This document shows positions 36,501 to 48,417 of a stretch of 64,000 nt of DNA, in pieces. The stretch spans positions 9,424,001 through 9,488,000 of the forward strand of contig NC_092672.1 of assembly GCF_964355755.1 (NCBI RefSeq), in the 5' to 3' direction. Below the pieces are notes generated by a model. That model searched no databases, was not told the origin of the DNA, and saw only the letters and a program-made list of their open reading frames with translations. Both the position numbers and the translations under genes were made by a program. The stretch comes from Antedon mediterranea. Its lineage: Eukaryota > Animalia > Echinodermata. Position 1 is the stretch's first letter. Each line of letters opens with the position of its first letter.

Positions 36501-39500
36501 GTCCAAATTGCAAGTGACATGAATAAGAACTACCCCGAATTAAAACATGAGTTTGACATTTTTCATGTTGTTAAAAGCGTCACCAAGAAGCTTAGAGAAA
36601 AATCGAAGAAGAAAGGTTGCGAAGACCTTAGATTTTGGATACCGTCCATAAAAAATCATCTGTGGTGGTGCTGTGCTTCCTGCAATGGCGATTATGCTGT
36701 AAGTTATATTAAAGCTGTTTTTTTATCACGATTTGTTTGTGTATACTGTATTGAAGTACAGTATGTGTTGTACATTCTTATTGATTATTATGTTAACATT
36801 CATTTATGTTAATAGTTTTCATTTAATAGTTTATACTATATTTCACTTTTAGGACCTTAAGGACAAGTGGCTTTCTTTACTACAGCACGTCTGCAACATC
36901 CATGAATGGGCTAGTGCAGATAAATTCCACAAGTGCAGTCACGACCCACTATTGGAGGACATGCATGAAATTGAATGGCTGACACCAGGTAGCGATGCTC
37001 ATGATGCACTTCGGGGTGTTGTTATGAACACTAAATTACTAAAAGATATGCACAAGATGGCACTTTTTAAACACACAGGTATGTATGTAAAAAGATATAT
37101 GAAATGTACTATTTTTGCTCTGGGATCATTCGAATAAATTAAAGGCAAAAGAAGCCCTGCTATACTACATTCTTTAACATACAATAATAAACACTATAAT
37201 ATAACAATTTTTATAATAAAATTAATGCTTAACCTTCTTACAGGATCGCTAGAGGTTTTTCATGGGATGTTGTTAAAATATTGTCCAAAGAGGGAACACT
37301 TCAGCTATGAAGGCATGAGAGCCCGTCATCAATTGGCAATTATGGACCACAATGAGAATGTTGGTAGACAGCAAGCAACTACTGAGGAAGGTAAGTAGTT
37401 TTATAAAAGCTTCTTTAATTTGTTGATTAGTAATCTATAAAGACATATTTACAATGAGGAATAATTATGTGCATTTCCTAACAGGCACTCTTCGATTTGG
37501 ACTGGCATTTCCCAAACGCAAGAAGCAGTGGGTATTGAAGAAAATTTATGTAGACAAAACCTTCGAATTTAGAAAGAGACTGATGGAAATGGTGTGTGAC
37601 CGACGTGAAGATAGCGCTATAGTTCTAGGTCAACGTTATGTAGACAGACCAGATCTTCCAACAAACATTGCTTCTTCTGAGAAACCAGAGAAAGAAGATG
37701 CGATTGAAGATTTTAGAACTAGGTTTCTGCTTTCATAGTGTGTTTACATTAAAACCAACAAAGCTAATTTATGCTTATTTTGTTTTGTAAAAAAATCTTT
37801 TTAAACTGCTAAAGATGAAACCTTACATATTATATTACTATAAATACAATTTCTTAAATATTTTCTTGATGCAATTATTAGTGTATAGTTTTTGGTTGAA
37901 TTAATAAAAAAAAGGCATTGAAGGAAATTCTCTGAAAATAGTGAATAAACTAATTTTACCGATGCAAAAATGTTTATTATAATAATTATTGTGTTGTTGT
38001 GCAATTGCTGTAAGATGACGCTCAGTAACTTTCTGCAAAATACGTCTAATTATATTCGCGAATTATATTTCACATATTTGGCCGGCCAGATGATAAATAA
38101 CTACATTTTGATTGGATTTGATTCTTCCCTGTTTTGGAACAGCTTTTAATACAATGCTTGCATACAAATAATAAACAGAAAACACTTGTTACTGTTTGTT
38201 GCTTTTAATTTTTATTTACATACCCTTGTTAAGTGAATTAAAATAAATCGCCCTTCTTTCTTGTTACAGTATATTAATAATGTCTATTACAAAATTTATA
38301 ATCAAGGAAATGGCTTTTATTTAGCCTAACTAGGTAGGCATAGCCTAGCTATAAAAAATGTTACTATTTGATGCATTCGATAATTAAATGTTATGAATTA
38401 ACATCTTGATACCATTCGATTTATTCGACTTCTTTAAATCCAACATAATTTCCATCAATGCTAGGAAAGTCCTTTCTGATTTTGTTTACGACGCAGGCTG
38501 GGATGACTCGTCGTACGGCTTTACCAAGGCGGTCATGCACCCAGTAGGTGAACTGCCTGTACGCCTGAAGGCGAAATGTTTCGTTCGGGATCGGGTCAAC
38601 GATGCTGTCTCGCCTAATGTCTGTCCGGGCAACAAGTGCAGTTCTAATTACTGCAGGATGTAAACATACAAATTCGAATTCAAAATGGTCTAAAATGCAT
38701 GCCATTTCGTTTTCTGATCCTATGTTCATCTTCGCTCGTACATTTTCAATTTCCCGACAACAAAGGCATTCCACAGCAGTGTCCATCAATTCACACCGTC
38801 CGCATTGGCACCATTCCTCCTTGTTTACTTTCCTCCATTCTATATCTTCTCCTTCATGTGCGACAATATTATCTAAACCTTCTATTTCCTCCACATCTCT
38901 TCTTCTTCTTCTTCTTCTTCTGGGTTCTAATTGGTAAGGTTGTAATCCGTGATTCATCTTAATTTAGCTCTGTGTATATATAGGCATCCACGCTCTACGG
39001 GCAGTCTCACAGTTGGATGATTTTCTCTGTCAAACCAATGACGTCACAACCTCGTTTTCGTGTTAAACATGGCGGCTCATAGAGAATCCGCGGTTTTTTT
39101 GAAAAATCTACACTTCAAAATCGATTTTACTCTAAACAACAATAAATTTCAAAAATTTTTTACCGCACTTCGTTTTATATGAATTATATCTACAATGCTA
39201 CACATTTTAAAAGAAATAATACTGCATTCCTTTAAAACCGAGTCATAGCCTACTAACTAGCTATATCATTTCAATTGATTGACATAGGTAGGTGTCTTGA
39301 ATACTACTAGGCTAATCGGACCAGACCATACATTACATTAGGCATACTTTATTCAGCATTTATTCATTATTGAATTCATTGTGACTTTGTGTTATTCCTT
39401 TTTTCAGGTGGTGGACTTGGTGTAGGACTTGTCTTTTCAGTTTTTATTTTTAAACGTAAGTTGTTTACATAGGGATAGGCCTACAAAGTACAGTGTAAAT

Positions 39501-40454
39501 ATTAACTTTTTAACAATTTTCAATAAGAAATAGATCATATTAAATTTAAGTATTTTCACAAGAATTATCTTTTTTAAATTGATAAAATAAAGGTGTTTTT
39601 TGCAACTTTTTTTTCATATATATATGCTATTCATATAATTAATTCATGTCACCATCGATAAAATGTTATGTAATACAAGACTATGTAAACAATGAAACTT
39701 TTAAAACGTACATTTTTTTCAATTTATAAATGCTTTTATATTTTTAATATTTTTAAACGTTTTAAAAATTTTTAGCCTATTTGAAATTTTAGCAATTTAG
39801 AAATTGTAAAGGTTTTAGGAACATTCTAATGGTTTGAATCCTTTTAAAGCTGTTTATAATCCTTTTAAAGCTGTTTTAAACTATTTTAATCTCCTGAATC
39901 CTATTCAATTTTAATACCTAGTCATTTTTAAACCGTGTTTCATAACTTATATTTTTTGTGCAATTATGTGTGTGTACATAATATATTATATTGTATATCT
40001 ATTTATTATTGTACTAATAATTGTCAATTTTCAAGAAGAATTTCTGTTGTTATTTTATGATGATGATGGACAAATAAAGCATTTCAGTATTCAGTATTCA
40101 GTATAATTGTTTTACAATGTAAACATATATTCTGTTATTGGGAGCATTTTATTTTTGTTTGTAAATTGTAGGTCGGCCTTGGCCAATTGCATTTGGAACT
40201 GGTGTGGGAGTAGGAATGGGATATTCAAATTGTCAAAATGAATTTAGGGATCCTTACAGGTTACATGGAAAAATTGTTAAGGTTAGTAAACGCATGGTTC
40301 TCAAGTACTACAGAAATGGAGATAGTTAATACTTTGGAAATGTTGTAACATTACTCTCAATTCCAATTCTTATATTTCATTTCAGGTTTTACCTTCACCG
40401 CCATCTAGTAACGAAGCATCCAGTGAATCGAAATCAGATACAGGCAGTACATAA
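33524..40454 (+). CDS. MICOS10: MICOS complex subunit Mic10 (MINOS1), 4 exons, 101 aa
   Basis: Exons 33524-33602, 39408-39455, 40172-40281, 40386-40454 (306 nt). MADIKRSEDVLGKNWDRCLADTIIKIGGGLGVGLVFSVFIFKRRPWPIAFGTGVGVGMGYSNCQNEFRDPYRLHGKIVK... shows the WDRCLAD motif, two GxGxGxG motifs and the basic KRR loop of Mic10. Confidence 0.95.
34321..37738 (+). CDS. Kolobok transposase (THAP zinc finger + DDE), 7 exons, 741 aa
   Basis: Exons 34321-34689, 35185-35322, 35423-35621, 35806-36698, 36853-37078, 37244-37390, 37485-37738 (2226 nt, no internal stop). THAP: CMAFGC..FHRLP..W..VCSEHF..DAVPT. Zn motif CQEC..CHNNH. Catalytic DGRSDTPGH / TTDRH / SLEVFH. Confidence 0.92.
38421..38957 (-). CDS. KolX accessory protein (P2X7 cytoplasmic ballast/nanor-like Cys-rich domain), 178 aa
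   Basis: Single ORF with PYQLEP, WCQCGRC..M....ECLCCRE, CILDH..F..VCL and FRLQAYRQFTYWVH..LGK..RRVIPACVV.KIR..FP...G.YVGF. It is convergent with the transposase inside the TIRs. Confidence 0.9.
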   Translation of the reverse strand: MNHGLQPYQLEPRRRRRRRRDVEEIEGLDNIVAHEGEDIEWRKVNKEEWCQCGRCELMDTAVECLCCREIENVRAKMNIGSENEMACILDHFEFEFVCLHPAVIRTALVARTDIRRDSIVDPIPNETFRLQAYRQFTYWVHDRLGKAVRRVIPACVVNKIRKDFPSIDGNYVGFKEVE

Positions 40455-40933
40455 TGGTGGAATATTCTAAAAAAACATGAAAAGCTGAAGCCAACTAACA
40501 TTAAACATCTAGGACTATAATAAATAAATGTGCGTGAAATACTCTGCTGTTAATTACAACCAAAAACATTTTAAGATCATGCCTGCAAACCTGATGCTTG
40601 ATATTAATAACAAAGTACCAATCAAGAGCGAATCCCTTCAGAGCTTTTTGGGATGTAATTCCAGCGTCGAGTAAAAGTTGCATCCTCATGTGAAAATAGT
40701 GAAAACAATACCTGCATGCTGTTTAAAGTGTTGTTAATTTTTAATGATCTGAAAATTCATAACCCAATTTGTTTTGGGTAATTGGATTACACAGTAGTGT
40801 GATATTAAAGATGAAAATATATTAACATTGATACATTTGACACATTGTTTCTATGTTAATTGGCCCGTCCATGTTTCATGAGCACAATGTCACAAACTTT
40901 GATTGGTATAACCAACTTACCTAGGTAAATAAG

Positions 40934-41084
40934 TAAAGCTCTGTCTACAGTATCACACTATATGTGACAAAAAAAATGTGATGTGCCCAAATATGGTAGT
41001 GATATGACAGCATCATGTCCAGTCCATATATGGGCACATCACATTTTGTTGTTGAATAAAGTTTGAAACTGTAGATGGGGCTTA
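40934..41084. mobile_element. Palindromic ~150-bp MITE (family also at 61528-61650, 63020-63146, partial ~13580-13650)
   Basis: AAAGCTCTGTCTACA..ATCA..CT.TATGTGACAAAAA..TGTGATGTGCCCA / TGGGCACATCACATTTT fold-back arrangement. Confidence 0.7.
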
Positions 41085-43860
41085 TTTCTGAATGCAGGTT
41101 GTGAAAGGAACCTTACCAACCAAGTATAGTTTATTTTTAATTTTTTCGTTTTTCATTTTACATCGTTCCTTTAAAAGAATTAATGTAAGAGCGCCCTCTA
41201 TGAAGTACCATTATGTAAATCTGTGTTAAAGCTAATTTGCATAATTACATTTCTTATGGGCTGAATTTATCAATACTGTATACAACAAGAAATATTTCTT
41301 ACAAAAAATGCCTCTCGACTTTTTGACGTAACAGAAATGTGTGATTGAAAATGTTCATCTGGTTTGAAGATACGTTATTCTATTTTGACAAACCAAAATT
41401 AGTAACTGCCTGACTGACAGTTTCAGTGCTCACTTCAGAGTGCCGAGTATATTGTTAAGCAAAACGCTCACGGTTAGGTTAAAATGATTAAATGATGTTT
41501 TTTATTTAATAATTTAAAAAATAATGATTTATTAATTAACAGTTTGTGTAGTGTAAATATAGTCTGAAATGAACAAAGTAAAGTATAGTACTGCACTGTA
41601 GGCCTACATATTCCGGGGTAGAGGCGTTACTCACTAAGGCTGTGTGTGATCCGCATACCCCAACATTCCACCAGTAAACAGAAATTATAATTTCCCAGCC
41701 TTCGACAAACGTACTTAGGCCTACTACTAATCAAACAATTCTTCATCTATAGACCTACACACCATCCATAGAGAAAGGATTGTTTTGACAAAGATAAATT
41801 GACAGCCAAAACGAAAACATTGTTTATTGAACAGGTCTTACTACGGTCTCCATAGACTATCTTCTTTCATGGGGGTTGCGCATCTCCAGTCCAAGTTTCC
41901 AAATACCCATTTTGCAGCCGTAGTAGATCTAAGTATAAGCCTGCTTCTGCGTAATGCTGTTTCCGTCTTCTTGAATATAACTGACCTTATATCCAAGCCT
42001 ATTTTTAGTTTATGGGATATCACGTCTATGTTATGCCTACATCTACCACCTGCCTATGTCGTTGCTATTTAAAACTTAAAACTTCATCCCATAGAATCGT
42101 TCTTTATATGGACAACGGTTTTGCGAATGTCAGAGCTAAAAGTTCTTTAAAAAAAATTTCCCCTGAAAAAATAAATAATGCGCGGCCACATAATATTTAT
42201 TTACTTTACCAACAATGGAGCGAAAAATATTACCTGATAAAACCCGGACCGTAATTTCAAGAAAACCGGAAGAACATTTGGAAGTCAGTCGGTTTTTGGT
42301 TAAATTAAAATGTGTTCTCTTTTTAGAATTTTTTTTTATTTCAAATAATGAATAATACAAAATGGCCTATTTAAATCGAATATTAGTTGTTATTTTTTTA
42401 TGTTTTGTGATGGACAATATCCTAAAATAGGCTTAACGTTCAAGCTTTAATTTACTTCTGCATTGGTGGTGTAGGCTACCATTTATTTATACTTACAGTC
42501 TGAGATACTATACGTCTAAAACCCAGTATGTTGCTCTACTTACTAACGTAATTATTGTCATTATACCGTGAACATTGTCAATACCATTACACTTTAATGA
42601 CGTGTCAAAATTATAAACACACCAGCTGCAAATGCATCACCCGTTGTTTAATTTAACTGAAATTGTCAATATCAAAGTAATAACAGTTTGTGACGACATA
42701 ACGAATATTGTGATAGTATTTATAGAAATCCATTGTAAATACTCTATTATCATTATAATTTACCTGTTTAGGTATTATTTTCTAGACTATACGTCTAAAT
42801 GTTATAAAACGCACATAGATCTACAGTAATTACAAAAAAAGTGCCGGCTATGTCGCTTACTAATTTTACGTGCGTTTTTTAGCAGATTTTGTTGTTTTTA
42901 TGTCTTTGTTAAATTCCCTTATAACGTACGTGTGCGCGCGCATTCAAGCAACAAGTAATGTTGAATTTGAGCTTAATATAGGTCATTCTCCACCCTATCT
43001 GAAAACCCTGGATCCGTTTCTGAGAAATGATTCGTTCGTTGTTGAACATGGGCACATACATCGATGTCGGTGGTTGGATGGAATGCTAAGTTATTTAAAG
43101 ATCAAAGGCGGTTATAACTCAATAGTCATAATGAATACGACGATTATAATATATTACATTACTCTATTGAAAATGCATTTTTATAATGTATTAATTACAA
43201 AATATTGTAAAATAGATGATATAAATTGATATTACAATAAAATAAAAACATGATATGCACGGTACCTATCAAACTACGTCACAGGCTATTCATCCGATTA
43301 AGTACGCGTCGTGGGAATTTGCGATTACCCTTTAACATAAAATATGTAATGAATTCAAATCCAATGCGTCGTCGTCGTTCAGATATTGTACGAGGCCAGC
43401 AATAATAAGAATAGAGAAATACAACGGTAATGATTAACCAGTGGTCACACAGCTAAATCTTACGGCTGCATGCTACAAGGCCTCTAATTTGGTTACAGAT
43501 TGGTAACACTTATTATTGATCTCGCTGTATATTGTAATTCGAAAATGAATTAATATTTGGATCCGAAGATGTGATATAGATGTCTTGTAAATGTCTGTGG
43601 ATCACAATACAGACGAAAATAACTATACTTAAGTCGGTGAATTATTATAAAGATATATTAAAACTGTTTAAAATGCAATAAATGGTCAGTGGATCAACGA
43701 ATGCAGCGAATCAGCGCACATCGTTCGTCGCTCGGGTTGTGTAGACTCCGATTGCGAATTTCCGCTTTGAAAGCAGCATCGAATTGATTATCCACGTTGG
43801 GCAGAGGACTTTAAGAATTCATTAATTTTCATCCTGTAGTTACAGTGAATACACTGCAAT

Positions 43861-46800
43861 ATGGAGGGTATTCGCCAGTTCGGTCGCAAACTGTTTCGAG
43901 TGAAGACGTTTGATTCCCAGTCGTTGCATGAGACCGAGTTTCGACGATGTTTGTCGATAGTCGATTTGACGGGGATTGGCGTGGGGAGCACATTGGGTGT
44001 CGGAGCTTACGTTTTAGCAGGACAAGTTGCCAGGGACGATGCAGGTCCGGCAATTATACTCTCGTTCATCATTGCGGCAATGGTATCACTATTGTCCGGT
44101 GAGTTATTTTGAATAAGTAATTAGGCCTTTGTTGAAATATTATTTATACAATGACGTCATTATCGATATCGTAATAAAGGAAATTAGTAATCAACGGTAC
44201 AATTAACGTCATCAAATCGTTAACATCTGCATTATCATAATCCTGTCATAACGTCACTGTCACGATCAGCAGCAATATCATTATCATTTTCATCTGTTAT
44301 CATCATCTTTACTACTACCGTAGGCCTTATCACATTGTAAAAATAAGGTGTATCCATTATTTTAAACAGATATACAATAACAATTGTATAATCCATTAAC
44401 GTCAACAGTGACACGCTATGTTTTGTGAACTATGTTTAATAAATAATTAATTTCAAACTGAAATAGCTCATTTACGTCAAAACGTGTTATACATAAACTC
44501 ATTATTTGAAGCAGCTTATTCAAATATTCATAAACGCGTATATAGGCACGAAGAAAGAAACATTTGCCAAGACATTATATGCACATTACTTTTACTCGAA
44601 TCTGTAGGCCTAGGTAAAACATTTATTTAATGGTAACAACGATAACATATAATATAAATATAATTCTGGTTTTATTCATTCATTCTACTCATTGCAATAT
44701 ATAACGTTGAATTGAGAGTAAATTACATATACAAATTGCACAATAATAAAAAACATTAAAATCTCTGAACATCATAACGGTGACGATGCAGATACAACAA
44801 CTAACTATTCAGTTAAGATGACGTCAACTCATGTATCGTTTTAACGATACCGATACCAATTGTATACCAGATCATTTCATCTAAGGCCTCTTTAATAATC
44901 TTAATTATCTCGTTGTCGTTGTAGTGGCCACATTTACAGCGCAGCGATATTTATTTTTACCGTATTATTATTCTTAACACAGGTGTTTTATGGCCTTCAA
45001 AATAAATTTCGACATAAAGCTAATTTTTTTAAGATTATAAATCTTCGAAAATTAAAACGACTTATACTGGAAGATTACACTACACAAACATTTTAATTTC
45101 GATTTCATAGAGTAATACATTTTAACATTTGTGTCTCATGACTTGAGAAATGAATTTATTCCTCCCAGTGAGAAAACGTATCAGCGACTTGTGTGAAAAC
45201 AAGCTACAAGGGACATACGATGCATGACATATTAAAGAAGATTAAACTCAATCAATAATTCATTCAATAATAACTCATTATTAAACCAACTTGTATTACC
45301 ATAATGTCTTATACTTACGGCGATTAATTAGCTAACATAAACTCTAAAATTCCCCTGATCTATTCTTTACCATCGTTAAAGAGAGCATTGAGATGGTTGC
45401 TGTCAAATCCCGTAGTGGTTTTAAGTGTTTCGTATGCAAACACATGCGACTATACATTACAGTATTTTATTGCCAAACTCAATTAAGCAAATTGGAATAA
45501 GATCACAAACAGTTATGTTGATAAGTTCAGAAGTTAATGTTACCAATATACATTGATGAATATACGCATGAGAGACATTTGCTCGTTCTCATTCATTTGA
45601 ATAATGGTGTTCCAGAAGGCATAGTAGTAGCACCGCACACCGTTCAATCACTGCCCGGTCGCGTTTTTTACTCAATCTATATTGTTAGGCCTAAGTTTTG
45701 AATAGAAAATTAATTATTGTTGCTTTTCTGTTAATACATCGCAGCATCTCCACAGAACATACTTTTTACAGGAGAATACAACATTACTTTGTCTTATATT
45801 TATTTCTTGGAAATGTGTACCGAATTGAACAAGATTGAACCAAAAGTGATGATATTTCTTGACATTCTAAGCATTTACATTGAATGTAGTTTCAAAACCT
45901 TGAGTGAAAGTTTTCTTAAACTTTCCTGCTTTCTGATTGGCTATTTTAATAGGTTAATTTAATTAACGTCACTAACCTCTAACACCATATTGCGTACAAT
46001 AACTCGATTTTTGCAAAAAAAGAGGTGTTTTTGAAATAGTGACGTTATATGATAATTATATACCAAAATATCGAACAATAGGACAATATTCTATCACGTA
46101 TTCTGTTGCAAAGCTGTGCAAAGATATTCCAGATGATTTAAGGTTGTACACAAAATCCATAATTAAAAAATAAATGAAAGAATATTGTTTGTTTATTTTA
46201 AGATATTTATTGTGTTTCCAAAAAAGAATTATATATTTGGGAGAAAGTTTGATAAAAAAAACTTTCTTAGAAACAATTTAGGAAAATTGCCTTTATTTAT
46301 TTATTTATATATTCATTCTTCAATGTTTAGGGGGCTGAACTGGATTAGTTATGACTATTGTTTATCCCTGTCATGCATTATGTTTTATGTTTATGTCTAT
46401 AACTTATTAAGAAAGAAAGAAAAGAAAAAAAGAAACAAACATCGAAACTGTAAAACAACAAACATTTTAAAGCATATTTTGAAATAAAATTAAGAGAGAA
46501 TAAATAAAAAATATATTGATGCTATTTTATTATTCATACATTCAAGGAAAGATACTTTTATCCAGATAAATGCTTCGTGATGTACTTTTATCCAGATAAA
46601 TGCTTCGTGATGTACTTTTATCCAGATAAATGCTTCGTGATGTACTTTTATCCAGATAAATGCTTCGTGATGTACTTTTATCCAGATAAATGCTTCGTGA
46701 TGTACTTTTATCCAGATAAATGCTTCGTGATGTACTTTTATCCAGATAAATGCTTCGTGATGTACTTTTATCCAGATAAATGCTTCGTGATGTACTTTTA

Positions 46801-48306
46801 TCCAGATAAATGCTTCGTGATGTACTTTTATCCAGATAAATGCTTCGTGATGTTAATATATTTACCGTACCAAAGCTGAATAATACATATATTCTTTTCA
46901 AATATTGCATGCAAAATATAGGATAGATTTTCAATTCTGTTATTCAAATGTCATCGCATGGTCGTAAAAACAAAAATATATTTATTTTTTGTTACTACGA
47001 GATGCTTTACGTATGCATGCTTTATACATATCACCAAATAGGCAAAATGCTGTCAATTGTATTTTTAGCTAGCCTTGTTTGGATCGCTATCGAATCTCGC
47101 TATTCCATTTAAATTCATTTTCAATTCACTGTAAATGGTATCAATGTATCTGTTTCACGCAATAACGTCACGCATCCGTTCACCGTTGCGTGAAAAATCA
47201 CTATTATTTATTTCGAGACGTAATTGTTCCCTTCCATTTCCAAGAAAGTCCCGCGGTCCTTAATATTATTGTGGAATGAACATTGTGTGAACGTTTCTAT
47301 TGAATCAGCCTGTTCAGTTCCTTTATATACTATCTGGACGAACAGACGTACGTACACATTCATACAACTTGTGTTGCTACCGGTATGAAAACCGTTTGAT
47401 GTAAGCACCCGAAAATGTCGACACAAAAGAATATAAGTATTTCTTTGTATGAATAATAATCATATCGACCCAATTCCATTAACATTCAGCACGTTTCTAC
47501 AATAAAACGCTAAGTATAAATAGTCATACTTCTCTACTTTTCAATAAAATATTCCTGAAGCGAAGTTTCAAATTAAATTCTTTTTTTTTGTACCTGACAT
47601 TTAGGGATATTTACATTTAATAGCTGATTTAATAGCACGTTAATCAATTATTCTCTTTGTTTTTAGTCGCGTGGACGCGACTCAATAGTTCACTATGTCG
47701 GTCGGTCGGTCTGTCGGTCTGTCGGTCTGTCTGTCGGTCCGGCATCACTATGCGTTTTATCGCTTTTCTGTACTTTTTGAACTGTTTTGATGTACATTAC
47801 TTTTTGAAAGTTCATTTTTTTCTGAGAGCACGCTACTTATGGCTGTTGGCCTTGTTTAAACCTACATGTAATTTTCTCCTATTTTTCTCTCCTCGATACA
47901 ATTGTAATTTGCTTGGCAATTATGGTGATGACAGAAAGATCTAAATATGCATAACGAAAACAATGCAATGGACAGGCATTGAATAATAAAGAAGCATAAA
48001 GAAATACGGTAGAATACCATACATGCATGTAAAACAATCGTGTAAAACGTTGGCATTCTACAACTACAGTCTAAAGAAGAGCTTTGGTTAAAGAACTATA
48101 AATTATAATTTTATCTCAACGGATTTGTAGAGCTTCATTAAAATGATCTTTAATACAAAGGAACTTATACAATTTATATCACATAATTCAAATATATGAA
48201 ATGATTTAGGTATTTCTTATTACATTGTCCAAATTTTCCATTGAATTGAAATGTCATTTATTTAAAGAGTCAAGCTCAACAGGGTCTTCTTTCCGCGTTA
48301 ATTCTG

Positions 48307-48356
<50 letters not shown>

Positions 48357-48380
48357 TGGGAATCTCGTTAATCCATTCAT

Positions 48381-48417
<37 letters not shown>

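Larger units (their letters stand above)
33933..39231 (+). mobile_element. Autonomous Kolobok DNA transposon (5299 bp) in MICOS10 intron 1
   Basis: TTAA (33929-33932) AGGAATCCAGTATTATTTCTTTTAAA ... TTTAAAAGAAATAATACTGCATTCCT TTAA (39232-39235): 26-bp TIR with 1 mismatch. Encodes a THAP-DDE transposase and a convergent KolX. Confidence 0.93.

Noticed and set aside
38406-38962. Plus-strand ORFs overlapping KolX
   Set aside because: Antisense shadows of the KolX coding sequence.
41827-42072. Short ORFs, possible retroelement relic
   Set aside because: No motif I can confidently recognise.
46542-46934. Repetitive ORFs (also 54739..55239, 29211..29432, 11146..11426)
   Set aside because: They are translations of tandem repeats with no splice or homology support.
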